From: Thermodesulfovibrionales bacterium
Lineage (GTDB): Bacteria; Nitrospirota; Thermodesulfovibrionia; Thermodesulfovibrionales; UBA6898
Assembly: GCA_044450345.1 (NCBI GenBank)
Contig: JBIOIY010000001.1
Span: forward strand, 183,009 to 247,008
Reading direction: 5' to 3'
Length of the DNA stretch: 64,000 nt
Shown: positions 29,106-39,363 of the stretch, piece by piece
How the letters are laid out: the number at the start of each line of letters is the position of its first letter
Position numbering within the stretch: position 1 is the stretch's first letter
Notes under the pieces: model-generated
What the model was told of the DNA's origin: nothing
Databases searched by the model: none
What the model saw: the letters and a program-made list of their open reading frames with translations, nothing else
Program-made: the position numbers and the translations under genes

Positions 29106-30515
29106 TTATGCGGAGGTGGCGCTCCGGTGTTTCCTTTGACTCTTAAAGCCGGCCGCGCTTATTCCCAAAGCCTTTATTCTTTGCTGTAAGTTTTGTCTCT
29201 GAATATCCAGGAGGTGGGCGGCCCTGGAGATGTTACCCTGGCATTCTTTGAGTGCGGCCACAATAAGGTTGCGCTCGAATTCAAGCCTTGCGGACTTCAA
29301 CGGCTTAAGATGGAATCTCTGATGAGATGTCGCCCTCATCTGTTTGATTGATGAGGGGAGGTCATTTACCGTAATTTTGTCGCCATGAGCAAAAGTCACC
29401 CCATAATCAACGGCGTTTTCGAGCTCCCTCACATTGCCGGGATAATCGTAGCCCATCAGTAGTTCGAGGGCAGCGGAACTTATTTCGGTAACTTTGTGAT
29501 CTTTACGCTTTTTTGAGTATTTCTCTAGGAAATGTTGCGCAAGGAACGGGATATCTTCAGTTCTCTCCCGCAGCGGGGGGATATGTATCGATATAACGTT
29601 CAACCTGTAAAAAAGATCTTCCCTGAATAAGCCCTCGGTTATGGCTTTCCGAAGGTCGCGATTCGAAGCAGCCACGACCCTCACATCAGCACTGGTAGGA
29701 TAGGGGTCGCCGACCTTGTTGTATTCTCCTTCCTGTATGGCCCTGAGGAGCTTTGCCTGAAATCCCTGGGTCGTTTCACCGATCTCATCGAGTTAAAGAG
29801 TCCCGCCTGAGGCAATGTCAAGAAACCCTTTTTTATCCCTGATGGCCCCTGAGAAGGCGCCCTTCACGTAACCGAAAAATTCAGCTTCTATAAGGTCCCT
29901 TGAGATCGCCGCGCAATTTACCGGAACGAAGCGGTTGTTCCTGCGCAGGGAGTTGTAATGTATGGCCCTTGCGACAAGTTCCTTGCCTGTACCGGACTCC
30001 CCCGTGATGAGGACATTACTGTCACTCCCCCCCGTCTGACGGATAGTCTTGAATATCTCCATCATCTTCTGGCTTTCCCCGATAATATTGCCGATGCCAT
30101 AGCGACGGGAAACTTCAAGCCTCAGGCGCTGCACTTCAGCGGCGAGCGCAACCGTTTCGATCGCCCTTTTGGTGATGACGACCATTTTGTCCGGCAAAAG
30201 GGGTTTTCTTATATAGTCATGAGCGCCAAGTTTTATCGCCTCGACAGCGGTCTCTATAGTGGGCGTGTCCGTAATTACTATGACCTGGGCAGGATGATGC
30301 AGCTTTCTTGATTGAGCGAGGATTTCAAAGCCGCTCATGTCAGGGAGGGCCAAGTCCGTGTAGATTATATCAAAATTTTTTTCAGATATAAGGGCAAGAG
30401 CGTGCTGCCCCGTTGAAGCACTGGCTACCCAGTAGCCCTCTCTTGAAAAAAGCATTTCCAGGGCCCTGCAAATTTCTCTGTCATTGTCAACGATCAGGAT
30501 ATTTGCCATTTTCAT
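29106..30515 (-). pseudogene. NtrC/AtoC-family sigma54 response regulator interrupted by in-frame TAA
   Basis: Receiver, [21 protein letters not shown](29793-29795)-LDEIGE..QAKLLRA, FREDLFYRLNV, PGNVREL, HTH, all in one frame. Confidence 0.85.
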
Positions 30516-30676
30516 CGACTGTTTCTCGTTGCCCTAAACTCCTTTCCACGTCATAAGTAAAGTCGCTCATAAAATCTTTACTATTTTTTCAGGTTTCAGT
30601 GACATTATCGCACGCAGATATAGTTGATTATATCAAAAATTCATACTTGAAACCGATTCAACGGCGGAATCTACCT

Positions 30677-32491
30677 CTACTTCTCCTCCTTCAGACGCAC
30701 CATATACTTTCTCACCTCAGCCGCCACTTCCCGCGGCCCTGTGACGGCGGCAAAGCATTTCTTCTCCGCGCAAAGGTAGAGGGACTCCCTCGGGGGATAG
30801 CCGAGACGCGCGATAGCGGCCTCATCTTTCTTTAGCGAAAACACCTTGACCACCTTCCGGGGGACATAGATTCCGTTCACCGCGGCAAGGAACCGTTCAG
30901 GTCCCCCAACGGTTATGATCACGATTTCGAGGGGCTCCCGGAGCTGCCATTCGAACGCGGTCCCGCAAAACCCGGCAGCAGGTCCGATCCTTCCGCAGTC
31001 GTCTTTTGTCCGCGCGATCGCCCGGGCAGCCAGCTCTTTGAGTTTCACGTCTTCCCGATACCCCGAAATCCTCAGTAGAAAAACAGCGGCCCTGAGATTC
31101 GAAACAGCGGCGTTGTACTCCATGAGCCCTCCCGGCTCAGAAGGCCCGATCAGCGTCGTCTCTATACTTGTACTGAAAGAGCCCTGTTGACTATCGAAGA
31201 ACTTCCCGGCTAGGAGGCGGGCCACGTCCCTGGCCGTGTCGATGTACCTCCTGTCCCCGGTCGCGTTGTAGAGATCGACGAGCGCGCTGCCGAATAGGAC
31301 GTTGTCAGCAAGCAGTCCCGCCAGGTGTTTGTCCCCCTCACGATAATAACGATAGACCCCCTTTTTTTCAGAGTAGAGATTCCGGATCATGAACACGGCC
31401 GCCTTCTTTGCCTGTTCGAGGTACTCCTTCGATCCTGTCGCGCCGGAGGCTGCCACGAGGGCGGTGATCATCTGAGCATTCGGACCGGCATAAATGGTGG
31501 GGTCGACACGCGGCGGCGCTCCCTCTCGCCTTTTCGCTGTGTAATATTCTTCGTCGGCATCCTGGCTCCCGTAGAAAACTCCGGTTTTCCGGTCGTAGAG
31601 ATGATTCATGATATAGCCGATCGTCCCATCGAGGACCTTACGGTAGCCGTCTTTGCCGAGAGCCAGAGATGCCGATGCATAGTTCTTAGCAAGCCCCGCG
31701 TTCAGATCGAGCAGCTTTTCGTAATGGGGCGAAGACCAGTCAGGCCGCGTTGCGTACCTGAAAAACCCTCCGCCGATATCGTCATGTATACCGCCCGCCT
31801 CCATCCTGTCGAGCGTCACGGTGATCATTTCTTTTGTCTCTTCGTCACCGCTCCTCGTGTATTCGGATAGAAGGAAATCGATCGCCTCGGGGTTCGGAAA
31901 TTTCTGCGCCATCCCGAAGCCGCCGTGCTGCCTGTCAAAGGCCGACCACAGGCTACCGACCGTCCTTTTCAGGTCCGCCGCCTTCAGTGTCGCTTCTCCT
32001 GCCTGTCCAAGCCCTTTCTCTCTCTTCTCTCCGATGCCGCGCCCGTCAGCCCTGAATGCCGCGACGCCCTTTTTCAGCCAGGAGACCATGTCCTCCAGCG
32101 GGATATAGGTACCCCCACGAACAATGTTCCCCTCCGGCGTAAGCACAAGGGTGCTCGGCCACCCTCCCTGGTTATAAAGGCTGTCGATATCCGGCCGCAT
32201 GTCAGCGTCGACCCTCACGGGGATGAAATTCTCATTGATATAAGCGATGACGTCCGTGCCGGAGTATGTCGTCTCGTCCATGACATGGCACCAGTGGCAC
32301 CACACCGCGCTCAGGGCAAGGAGAACAGGCCTCTGCAGCACCTTTGCTTCAGAAAAGGGATCCCGGCCCCATTGCCGCCAGTGTATGAGGCCGGCCTTGT
32401 TAGGCCGGGGTGAAAACCTGAAATCAGAAGCCGGTGCGGCCTGGGTGATAAAGATAAAGACGGACAGAATAGCTGCTGCGAATTTCCTCAT
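30677..32491 (-). CDS. DUF255/YyaL-like thioredoxin-domain protein, exported
   Basis: Signal peptide, WCHWCHVM, RPDID, GGWP, GGFFRY, PHYEK, SQDAD. Confidence 0.88.
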   Translation of the reverse strand: MRKFAAAILSVFIFITQAAPASDFRFSPRPNKAGLIHWRQWGRDPFSEAKVLQRPVLLALSAVWCHWCHVMDETTYSGTDVIAYINENFIPVRVDADMRPDIDSLYNQGGWPSTLVLTPEGNIVRGGTYIPLEDMVSWLKKGVAAFRADGRGIGEKREKGLGQAGEATLKAADLKRTVGSLWSAFDRQHGGFGMAQKFPNPEAIDFLLSEYTRSGDEETKEMITVTLDRMEAGGIHDDIGGGFFRYATRPDWSSPHYEKLLDLNAGLAKNYASASLALGKDGYRKVLDGTIGYIMNHLYDRKTGVFYGSQDADEEYYTAKRREGAPPRVDPTIYAGPNAQMITALVAASGATGSKEYLEQAKKAAVFMIRNLYSEKKGVYRYYREGDKHLAGLLADNVLFGSALVDLYNATGDRRYIDTARDVARLLAGKFFDSQQGSFSTSIETTLIGPSEPGGLMEYNAAVSNLRAAVFLLRISGYREDVKLKELAARAIARTKDDCGRIGPAAGFCGTAFEWQLREPLEIVIITVGGPERFLAAVNGIYVPRKVVKVFSLKKDEAAIARLGYPPRESLYLCAEKKCFAAVTGPREVAAEVRKYMVRLKEEK

Positions 32492-32515
32492 GCTTCATTG
32501 AAGCGGCCGGCTGAC

Positions 32516-32770
32516 CTATTCTGCCTCCTCGAAGTTCTTGATGAACTCTCCTATCTGGACACCCAGATAGATACATTTGACATTGTTCATACACTCATCC
32601 GCGTCTATTTTCTTGAGATGAGTGGTAAACTCGTGTTTACCTTTTGTCAACTTGACAAGGCACGCATTTTCCTCCCCGCTGAAGTCGAGGCTGAGCAATA
32701 TCCCCCGCCTTCGAATTTCCGGGTACATCTCCGCTATTTTGTCTTTCAGCCCCTCATCCGTGTACGCCAT
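32516..32770 (-). CDS. Conserved-looking hypothetical protein
   Basis: AGGAGG RBS; MAYTDEGLKDKIAEMYPEI...ADEC...C.YLGVQI. Confidence 0.7.
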   Translation of the reverse strand: MAYTDEGLKDKIAEMYPEIRRRGILLSLDFSGEENACLVKLTKGKHEFTTHLKKIDADECMNNVKCIYLGVQIGEFIKNFEEAE

Positions 32771-32795
32771 CGATCCTCCTGTATTCGCTTGGTAA

Positions 32796-32824
32796 GTAGG
32801 GGGCACGTTGCAACGTGCCCCTAC
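32796..32824. repeat. GTAG-type REP-like palindrome
   Basis: GTAGGGGGCACGTTGCAACGTGCCCCTAC. Confidence 0.8.
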
Positions 32825-32827
32825 GGA

Positions 32828-33058
32828 CTATCTCTTCGTCTTCATCGGCCTTTCACAACAGATGAGGTGGGTGGCTTCGGCACAGCCGCAGGCCGTGTCC
32901 ACAGTAACGACCAGACCGCAGACCCCGCAGGAGTAACTGCTTCCTTCCTTCATCCCAGCCGCTTTCTTCACGGTCCTCCTTACCGGGGCCTTTTTTGATG
33001 CTGTCTTCACCGCAGCCTTCTTTGTGGCTGTTTTCTTTGCCGTCTTCGCTATTGCCAT
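32828..33058 (-). CDS. Lys/Ala-rich tail fused to desulforedoxin-like Cys domain
   Basis: AAGGAG RBS; KKTATKKAAVK... then YSCGVCGLVVTV...CGC...LICCERPMK. Confidence 0.75.
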   Translation of the reverse strand: MAIAKTAKKTATKKAAVKTASKKAPVRRTVKKAAGMKEGSSYSCGVCGLVVTVDTACGCAEATHLICCERPMKTKR

Positions 33059-33203
33059 AGCTTTCTCCTTTCTGTTAAAAGTTCTGCCGCCATAGCGGCC
33101 CTTTTAAAAAGTATATCGTAAAAACTCCTTCTTTGCTATCCGTATTGACTTACGTCCATTTCTTGCTAAGATGAAAACTAGATTTCGATCAAAAGGAGGC
33201 CCC

Positions 33204-33695
33204 ATGAAAAAGATATTTACGCTCTCAATCTTAATTCTTTCTTTTGTATCATTGGTCATTTTTACCGTGTCGGCAGAGGAAAAGACAGCGCCGCAGAGCA
33301 TGAAACCGTCCGAGGGGTGGACCCTCCACATTGATGCAAAAAAGCATATTCCTAATATGCCCGACATGATCGCCCACCACTACTGCAAACAGGTATCAGG
33401 GGGACTCTTTGAATGCCAACTTTATGACAGCGACAAGCCCGACGCAAGGCTGATAGGTGTTGAGGTTGTTGTGGATAAAGAGACATGGGAGAAATTCCCC
33501 AATAAAGAGAAGACGCTTTGGCACTACCATAAGACCGAACTTAAGAAAGTAGATCCGACCCTCCCGGACCTTTCTTCTGAAGAAGGCGCGAAGACGCTGA
33601 AGGGCATGGAAGAAACCTACGGCAAAGTGTATATCCTTTGGAACCCTGCAAAGAACGATCCTACCGGAAAGCCGGCGGTGTCGATATTGCATTAA
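33204..33695 (+). CDS. DUF1264 / OBAP-like exported protein
   Basis: AGGAGG RBS, signal peptide, AHHYC, CQLYDS, RLIGVE, WHYH, YGK. Confidence 0.8.
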   Translation: MKKIFTLSILILSFVSLVIFTVSAEEKTAPQSMKPSEGWTLHIDAKKHIPNMPDMIAHHYCKQVSGGLFECQLYDSDKPDARLIGVEVVVDKETWEKFPNKEKTLWHYHKTELKKVDPTLPDLSSEEGAKTLKGMEETYGKVYILWNPAKNDPTGKPAVSILH

Positions 33696-33748
33696 GATAG
33701 ACCGAAAATCCGCCCGTCGCGGGTAATGGAGAAAAAGTCAGGACAAGG

Positions 33749-35269
33749 TCACGTTTGACCTAAATTTTCCTTCGCCATCCTCCTGAAATGTCTCTCGAAT
33801 ATCTTCCTGAAATGAAAACCGTAAATGGAAAAGGTCACGGCCATCGGCAGGAGTTTGGGTTTCCTGAAGAGGGACCAGAAGACGAGCCTCCAATAGTAGA
33901 AACGCTCCTTTCCGAACACCCCCAAAATGAACACGGACTTCAATCCGGCCTTCCAATAGCTGTACCGCATCTGCACCACCTTCTTCTGCATAGGCCGGTA
34001 ATCCTTCATGAACCGTTTGACCCTTGTGTAATAATGCTTTGGGGAATAAATGGTCTCAATGATCTGCCTGTATCCGTTGATAAGCTTTTCATAACTCATC
34101 TTCGGGACGAAGTTCATGGAAAGGTCCGTGTTGTCTCCCGTAGACGTCTTTAACAGCCTGTCCTCAGTGACCAGCCGCTTATAGAGTTTTGTGCCACGCG
34201 GCGCATTCAGCAGCCCCACCATGGCCGTCACGATCCCGCTCTCCTGTATGAACGTTATCATCTTCTCGAAGATCGAAGCAGGGTCCTGGTCGAACCCCAC
34301 AATAAAACCGGCCTGGACCTCCAGCCCGAAGTCCTGTATTTTTTTAACACTGGCTATAAGGTCCCGGTTCCTGTTCTGCGTCTTTGCGCATTCGATCAGG
34401 CTTTCCTCATGCGGCGTCTCTATGCCGACAAACACCGTAAGGAACTCGGCCCGCGCCATCATCCTCATGAGTTCCTCGTCGTCAGCCAGATTGATGGAGG
34501 CCTCGGTCGAAAAGTAGAAAGGACGCTTTCGCTCCTCCATCCATTGGATAAGAGACGGGAGTATATTTTCCTTAAGTTTCTTTTTGTTGCCGATAAAGTT
34601 GTCGTCCACAAAAAAAACCCCTTCTCTCCATCCCATGGAATATATCTTCTCCAGTTCCGCGAGCACCTGCCCGCTGTCCTTTGTCCTGGGGACCCGGCCG
34701 TAGAGCGATGTGATGTTGCAGAATTCGCAGTCAAATGGGCATCCCCTGGAATACTGGATGTTCATGGAGGAATAGTGCCGCATGTCTATCAGTTCCCAGA
34801 GGGGAATAGGCGTTTTCGTCACGTCGGCCTTTTCAGTTGAGGTATAGAGACGTTCCGCCCTTCCCTCCGTTAAATCGTTGAGAAAAGGCGGCAGCGTTAT
34901 CTCCGCCTCATTGAGTACCAGATAGTCCACGCCCCCGAAGTCTTCGTAGTCATTGCTAAAAAGGGGCCCTCCGGCAACAACCCTAACACCCAGTTCCTTA
35001 CATCTTGTGAGCACGGCTTTAACGGATTCCTTCTGAACAGACATGGCGCCGAGAAAGACATAGTCGGCCCACATGAGGTCCTTGTCCCTAAGTTTCCGGA
35101 CATTCATGTCCACAAGCCTTTTGCCCCATTCAGGCGGGAGCATGGCGGCCACAGTCAGCAGGCCGAGGGGCGGGTAGGCCGCCTTCTTCGAAGTGAACTT
35201 CAGGGCGTAGGAAAAGCTCCAGAAAGTATCAGGGTATTCCGGATAAACCAGCAGGATATTCATAAACAA
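33749..35269 (-). CDS. B12-binding radical SAM protein (DUF4070-type)
   Basis: PPLGLLTVA, SRGCPFDCEFC, FVDDN, GIET, FIVGFD. Confidence 0.92.
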   Translation of the reverse strand: MFMNILLVYPEYPDTFWSFSYALKFTSKKAAYPPLGLLTVAAMLPPEWGKRLVDMNVRKLRDKDLMWADYVFLGAMSVQKESVKAVLTRCKELGVRVVAGGPLFSNDYEDFGGVDYLVLNEAEITLPPFLNDLTEGRAERLYTSTEKADVTKTPIPLWELIDMRHYSSMNIQYSRGCPFDCEFCNITSLYGRVPRTKDSGQVLAELEKIYSMGWREGVFFVDDNFIGNKKKLKENILPSLIQWMEERKRPFYFSTEASINLADDEELMRMMARAEFLTVFVGIETPHEESLIECAKTQNRNRDLIASVKKIQDFGLEVQAGFIVGFDQDPASIFEKMITFIQESGIVTAMVGLLNAPRGTKLYKRLVTEDRLLKTSTGDNTDLSMNFVPKMSYEKLINGYRQIIETIYSPKHYYTRVKRFMKDYRPMQKKVVQMRYSYWKAGLKSVFILGVFGKERFYYWRLVFWSLFRKPKLLPMAVTFSIYGFHFRKIFERHFRRMAKENLGQT

Positions 35270-35578
35270 ACCCCCTATGCGAGGTTAAGATGGTTGATAA
35301 AATAAAAACAACGATTGGACGGCATGTTGCGGTGAGAACAAGTGTACGCTTCAATCGCTTTGCTTCTGTATACCTATCATAACACTATTAACCCCCGGAA
35401 ATAAGCTTTCTCAAAAACCTCAGATATTGTCTTTAGAGTTTCTTTAGCAGATACCATGGAGGTTGTCAATTGTTTGTATAGGTTCGTGTTGTATTAATCC
35501 AACACTTTAACCGTGAAGAAAAAAGAAAAGCCCTTCGTCTTCCATTCCCCTCGTTTTCCCCATATAATCTAAAAAGAC

Positions 35579-36715
35579 ATGAAGACGGCATTCATTTACT
35601 CCGACGACTTTGCGAAGTACGACTACGGGCCGAAGCACCCGCTAAAGCCCTTCAGGCTGAAGCTCACTTATGAGCTGATAAAGGCATACGGACTCCTCTC
35701 TCTTCCGGATGTCCGTGTTGTCGGGGCGAGGCCTGCTAAGGAAGACGATCTGCTCCTTTATCACACAAGGGAATACATCGAGGTCCTGAAGGCCGCTAAC
35801 AGCGGCCTCGAGATGCCGGGTGCGGAAACTTACGGCCTCGGCTTCGGAGACAACCCCGTATTCGAAGGGGTCTTCGAATGGTCGGGGCTCGTGACCGGAG
35901 CATCTCTTCAGGCCGCCGAACTCGTCGAAAGCGGAGAGGTCCAGATCGCCTTCAACATCTCGGGCGGCCTCCACCATGCCCTCGCTTCCCGCGCTTCCGG
36001 GTTCTGCTATATCAACGACCCGGTGATCGTTATCTCCTCTCTTCTAAAAAGGGGAAGAAGGGTAGCCTATGTCGACATCGACGCCCATCACGGCGACGGC
36101 GTACAGGATGCGTTCTACGGTACCGATAAGGTGCTGACGATATCGCTCCACGAATCAGGCAACTATCTTTTCCCCGGCACAGGCTTCGAAGGAGAGATCG
36201 GGGAAGGAGAAGGGAGAGGCTATTCCGTGAACGTCCCTATGCCCCCTTCCTCTGACGACGAGCTTTTTATCTACGCCTTCAACGAGGTCGTTCCGCCGCT
36301 GATCGAGAGGTTCAGGCCGGACATCGTCGTAGGCCAGCTAGGCGTAGACTCATTCCTTACGGACCCGCTCGCCCACCTGAACTATACGACGAACGGTTTT
36401 TGCGAGGTCGTCGGGAAGATGAAAGGGCTTGCGCCAAGGTTGATAGCCCTCGGGGGAGGAGGATACGAGATAACGAACGTGGCCAGGGCATGGACCCTCG
36501 CATGGGCGATCATGAACGACGTCGATCTGCCGGATGAGCTGCCGGCTGCGTTCCTCGAACAATTTCCTCTTGAGGGGTTCAGGAGCCGGAAGCTAAGGGA
36601 CGAGAAGTACCAGGAAAAAGGTGCGAGAAAAGAGATGATGAGGGACGAGGTCGGAAGGGTCGTGGCCGGGATCAGGGAAAAAGTGTTTCCGCTTATCAAC
36701 CCGCCGACGCAATGA
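35579..36715 (+). CDS. acuC: Histone deacetylase family / acetoin utilization protein
   Basis: HPLKP.R, GGLHHA, GFCYIND, DIDAHHGDG, SLHE, FPGTG, DPL, GGGGY. Confidence 0.88.
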   Translation: MKTAFIYSDDFAKYDYGPKHPLKPFRLKLTYELIKAYGLLSLPDVRVVGARPAKEDDLLLYHTREYIEVLKAANSGLEMPGAETYGLGFGDNPVFEGVFEWSGLVTGASLQAAELVESGEVQIAFNISGGLHHALASRASGFCYINDPVIVISSLLKRGRRVAYVDIDAHHGDGVQDAFYGTDKVLTISLHESGNYLFPGTGFEGEIGEGEGRGYSVNVPMPPSSDDELFIYAFNEVVPPLIERFRPDIVVGQLGVDSFLTDPLAHLNYTTNGFCEVVGKMKGLAPRLIALGGGGYEITNVARAWTLAWAIMNDVDLPDELPAAFLEQFPLEGFRSRKLRDEKYQEKGARKEMMRDEVGRVVAGIREKVFPLINPPTQ

Positions 36716-36757
36716 CGGCATGATCACCGGAGCCGCAGCTGTCGCCTATCGCTTTGA

Positions 36758-38377
36758 TCATTCTTCCCCGGGCTTTTCGCGCACGACTTCGTGGGCGGCC
36801 TTGTCCTCGCGCATTCGTAAAAAAACCGGCTGTCGCGTGATACCGTCTTTAGTCCAGCCGGATAGAGCGACCTCGCAGACCAGCTTCGGCTTCAGCCAGG
36901 TGATCCCTCGGTCACAGCCACGCCCTGAGGCAGGGCCGCGGCGGGACTCCACTTTAAAGGGGCATTCTTTTTGGATCAGGGGCGCCACTTTTTCCCGGAT
37001 CTCCTTCAAATCCTTCGTCGTGAACCCGCCTCCCGAATGACCGATATAGACCAGCTCGTCACCCTCGAATACGCCTAAGACAAGGCTGCCGAAGTATTGT
37101 CTGGACCCTCTCGGTTCCGTGAACCCTGCTATCACTCCCTCCTGCGTGAGCCGCGTCTTCACCTTCAGCCACAGCAGGCTCCTTCCGCCCATCAGGTACG
37201 CGCTTTGAGAATGTTTGGCGATGATCCCCTCGAGTCCCTTTTCCTTGACGGCATTGAAAAACAAGAGGCCCTCTTTCGATACGTGATCGCTGAATTTTAT
37301 TTTAGGGTCGGACGGAAGAATTTTTTTGAGGAGGTCCTTTCTCCTTAGCAGGGGCAGGTCCGTCAGATCATGTCCCTGGAAGTGCAGGAGATCGAAGACG
37401 TAGTAAAGCAGATGACCTTTTCCGGATTTTTGGTAATCCTGGAGCATCTGGAAATCAGGATGCCCCTGATCGTCCACTACAACGATTTCGCCGTCCAGAA
37501 CAGCCTCAAATCCTAATTTCTGCAGCGACTTCGTAACAGGAAGAAACTTCTGGTTTAACGAGATCCGGTTTCGGGAATTAAGCGAAACGTCGCCGTCCCG
37601 GATCTCGGCAACGGCCCGGTAGCCATCCCATTTCACCTCAAAGATCCAGTCCGGATGGTCAAACGGTCCCTTGGCAAGGGTCGCGAGCATCGGTCTTATG
37701 CCGTGAGGGACCGGTTTAACAGGAGCGTCCTTCAGGTCTTCCCTTTCCATCGCCTCGCGGAGACGGATTTGGTTTATTCTTTTTTGCCGGGAAGACTTCA
37801 CTGGGTTCGCTTCGGAAACCTCTTCCAGGGTCTTATCGGAGACCACGGAACGATTTTCTGTGAGAATGTCCCCTTTGATCGCATATCTGTCTTTTTTCTT
37901 CAAGAGGAGCCACGACTTCTCGCCCATTCCCGTCTTTACCAGCGCGAATTCACCCTGAAGCTTTTCCCCTTCGAGGACAAACTTCATATCCCCTTCTCTT
38001 AAACCGTCTCTAAGAGGCCTCTCGCTTTCTTTTCTGTCTCTTGCGGAAGGGTGATGGTAAAAGCCCCTGTCCCAGATGATAACGCTTCCTGCACCGTAAT
38101 TGCCCTCCGGGATAACGCCCTCAAAATCCTTGTAATCAAACGGATGGTCTTCAACCATCACGGCCAGCCTTTTTACGGAAGGATCCATCGAGGGCCCCTT
38201 CGGTACCGCCCAGCTCTTAAGGACCCCTTCCAGCTCCAGCCTCAGATCATAATGCAGGGCCCTGGCCGCGTGCTTATGTATAACAAAGATAAGACGGTCC
38301 CCCTTAGGGAGCAGCCCCGGTTTCGGTTCGGGCGTCTTTCCGAATTTACGTTTGGATTTATAATCCTTTAATCGCAT
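36758..38377 (-). CDS. ligD: LigD phosphoesterase + ATP-dependent ligase domains
   Basis: KTPEP, LHYDLRLE, SWAVPKG; EVKWDGYR, LDGE, YVFD, EGIIAK, WLKVK, R.PVF. Confidence 0.92.
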   Translation of the reverse strand: MRLKDYKSKRKFGKTPEPKPGLLPKGDRLIFVIHKHAARALHYDLRLELEGVLKSWAVPKGPSMDPSVKRLAVMVEDHPFDYKDFEGVIPEGNYGAGSVIIWDRGFYHHPSARDRKESERPLRDGLREGDMKFVLEGEKLQGEFALVKTGMGEKSWLLLKKKDRYAIKGDILTENRSVVSDKTLEEVSEANPVKSSRQKRINQIRLREAMEREDLKDAPVKPVPHGIRPMLATLAKGPFDHPDWIFEVKWDGYRAVAEIRDGDVSLNSRNRISLNQKFLPVTKSLQKLGFEAVLDGEIVVVDDQGHPDFQMLQDYQKSGKGHLLYYVFDLLHFQGHDLTDLPLLRRKDLLKKILPSDPKIKFSDHVSKEGLLFFNAVKEKGLEGIIAKHSQSAYLMGGRSLLWLKVKTRLTQEGVIAGFTEPRGSRQYFGSLVLGVFEGDELVYIGHSGGGFTTKDLKEIREKVAPLIQKECPFKVESRRGPASGRGCDRGITWLKPKLVCEVALSGWTKDGITRQPVFLRMREDKAAHEVVREKPGEE

Positions 38378-38386
38378 GGCCAACTT

Positions 38387-38442
38387 GTAGGGGCGGCCCT
38401 ATGTGGCCGCCCGAAGAAGGGCAACCATGGGGTTGCCCCTAC
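38387..38442. repeat. Inverted REP doublet (REPIN-like)
   Basis: GTAGGGGCGGCC-CTATGT-GGCCGCCC gaagaa GGGCAACC-ATGG-GGTTGCCCCTAC. Confidence 0.75.
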
Positions 38443-38457
38443 ACGGCAAATTTTCCC

Positions 38458-39363
38458 TCATAGATAAGGAAGCTTCTGTTTTTTCGTGGCCACCTCTCGG
38501 AAAAGGTCACCTTTTTTTTCGGCCCTGCTCACGGCCTCTGAATGCATGACCTGAAGCTTTTCCGGGTCGCCCTGCCCTGCCAAATCCTCCAATTCCTTCC
38601 ATACAAGAGGAAAAGAAACGACCGGTTTTTCCCGGGCCCGCAGGGAATAGACGCAGATCATTGTTTTTGAAGAGTCGTTTTGGGACCAGTTGATAAAGAC
38701 CCTTGCCTTCCGGTGTTCCTTCGCCATTTTTGCTGTCACCAGATCCGGATAATTTTTTTGCATGATAACTGCCACGGCCTTTGAAAATTTCTTGGTCTCC
38801 TCGAAGGTCGTCCCTTTGGCGTTCAGGGGAACATATACATGGAGCCCCTTTCTCCCCGAGGTTTTTACGCGGCTTGCAAGCCCCAGCTCAGAGAGCAGGG
38901 CACGAAGTATTAATGCCACACGGGCGCAATCCAGGATGTCCGCCCCCTCTCCTGGATCCAGATCGAAGACCATGGAATCGGGCGTCTCGGGGGAGCCGGC
39001 CCTGGCCAGAGGTACATGGAGTTCGACAGATGCAAGGTTCTCCACCCAGATCAGTGTTTCCAGATCGTTGACCAGACAGACTGTCATTCTCTCTCTGTCA
39101 TCTCTGCGGAGCTCCGCCGTTTTCACCCACGCCGGATGGTGAGAAGGACAGCGCTTCTCGAAAAAGAAATCCTTATCCACCCCTTCGGGATATCGCTTCA
39201 ATGTCAATGCCCGGTCTTTCAGATGCGGCAGGATGAACTTTGAAATCCTGCGGTAGTATTCCAGGATGTGGGCCTTTGTGAAGCCATAGGAGGGATAGAG
39301 GTCCTTTTCAAGGTTCGATAGCGAGAGTCTTCTCCCTGAGATCTCGACGGCTTTGCGACTCAC
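38458..39363 (-). CDS. Stand-alone LigD polymerase (primase-like) domain
   Basis: LSNLEK.LYP, RYPEG, FFEK, VFDLDP, KTSGRKGLH, WSQN, YSLR. Confidence 0.92.
   Translation of the reverse strand: MSRKAVEISGRRLSLSNLEKDLYPSYGFTKAHILEYYRRISKFILPHLKDRALTLKRYPEGVDKDFFFEKRCPSHHPAWVKTAELRRDDRERMTVCLVNDLETLIWVENLASVELHVPLARAGSPETPDSMVFDLDPGEGADILDCARVALILRALLSELGLASRVKTSGRKGLHVYVPLNAKGTTFEETKKFSKAVAVIMQKNYPDLVTAKMAKEHRKARVFINWSQNDSSKTMICVYSLRAREKPVVSFPLVWKELEDLAGQGDPEKLQVMHSEAVSRAEKKGDLFREVATKKQKLPYL

Noticed and set aside
29793..29795. Recoding of the stop in the sigma54 activator
   Set aside because: It is TAA at a hydrophobic position, not UGA or UAG at a catalytic site; nonsense mutation or error is more likely.
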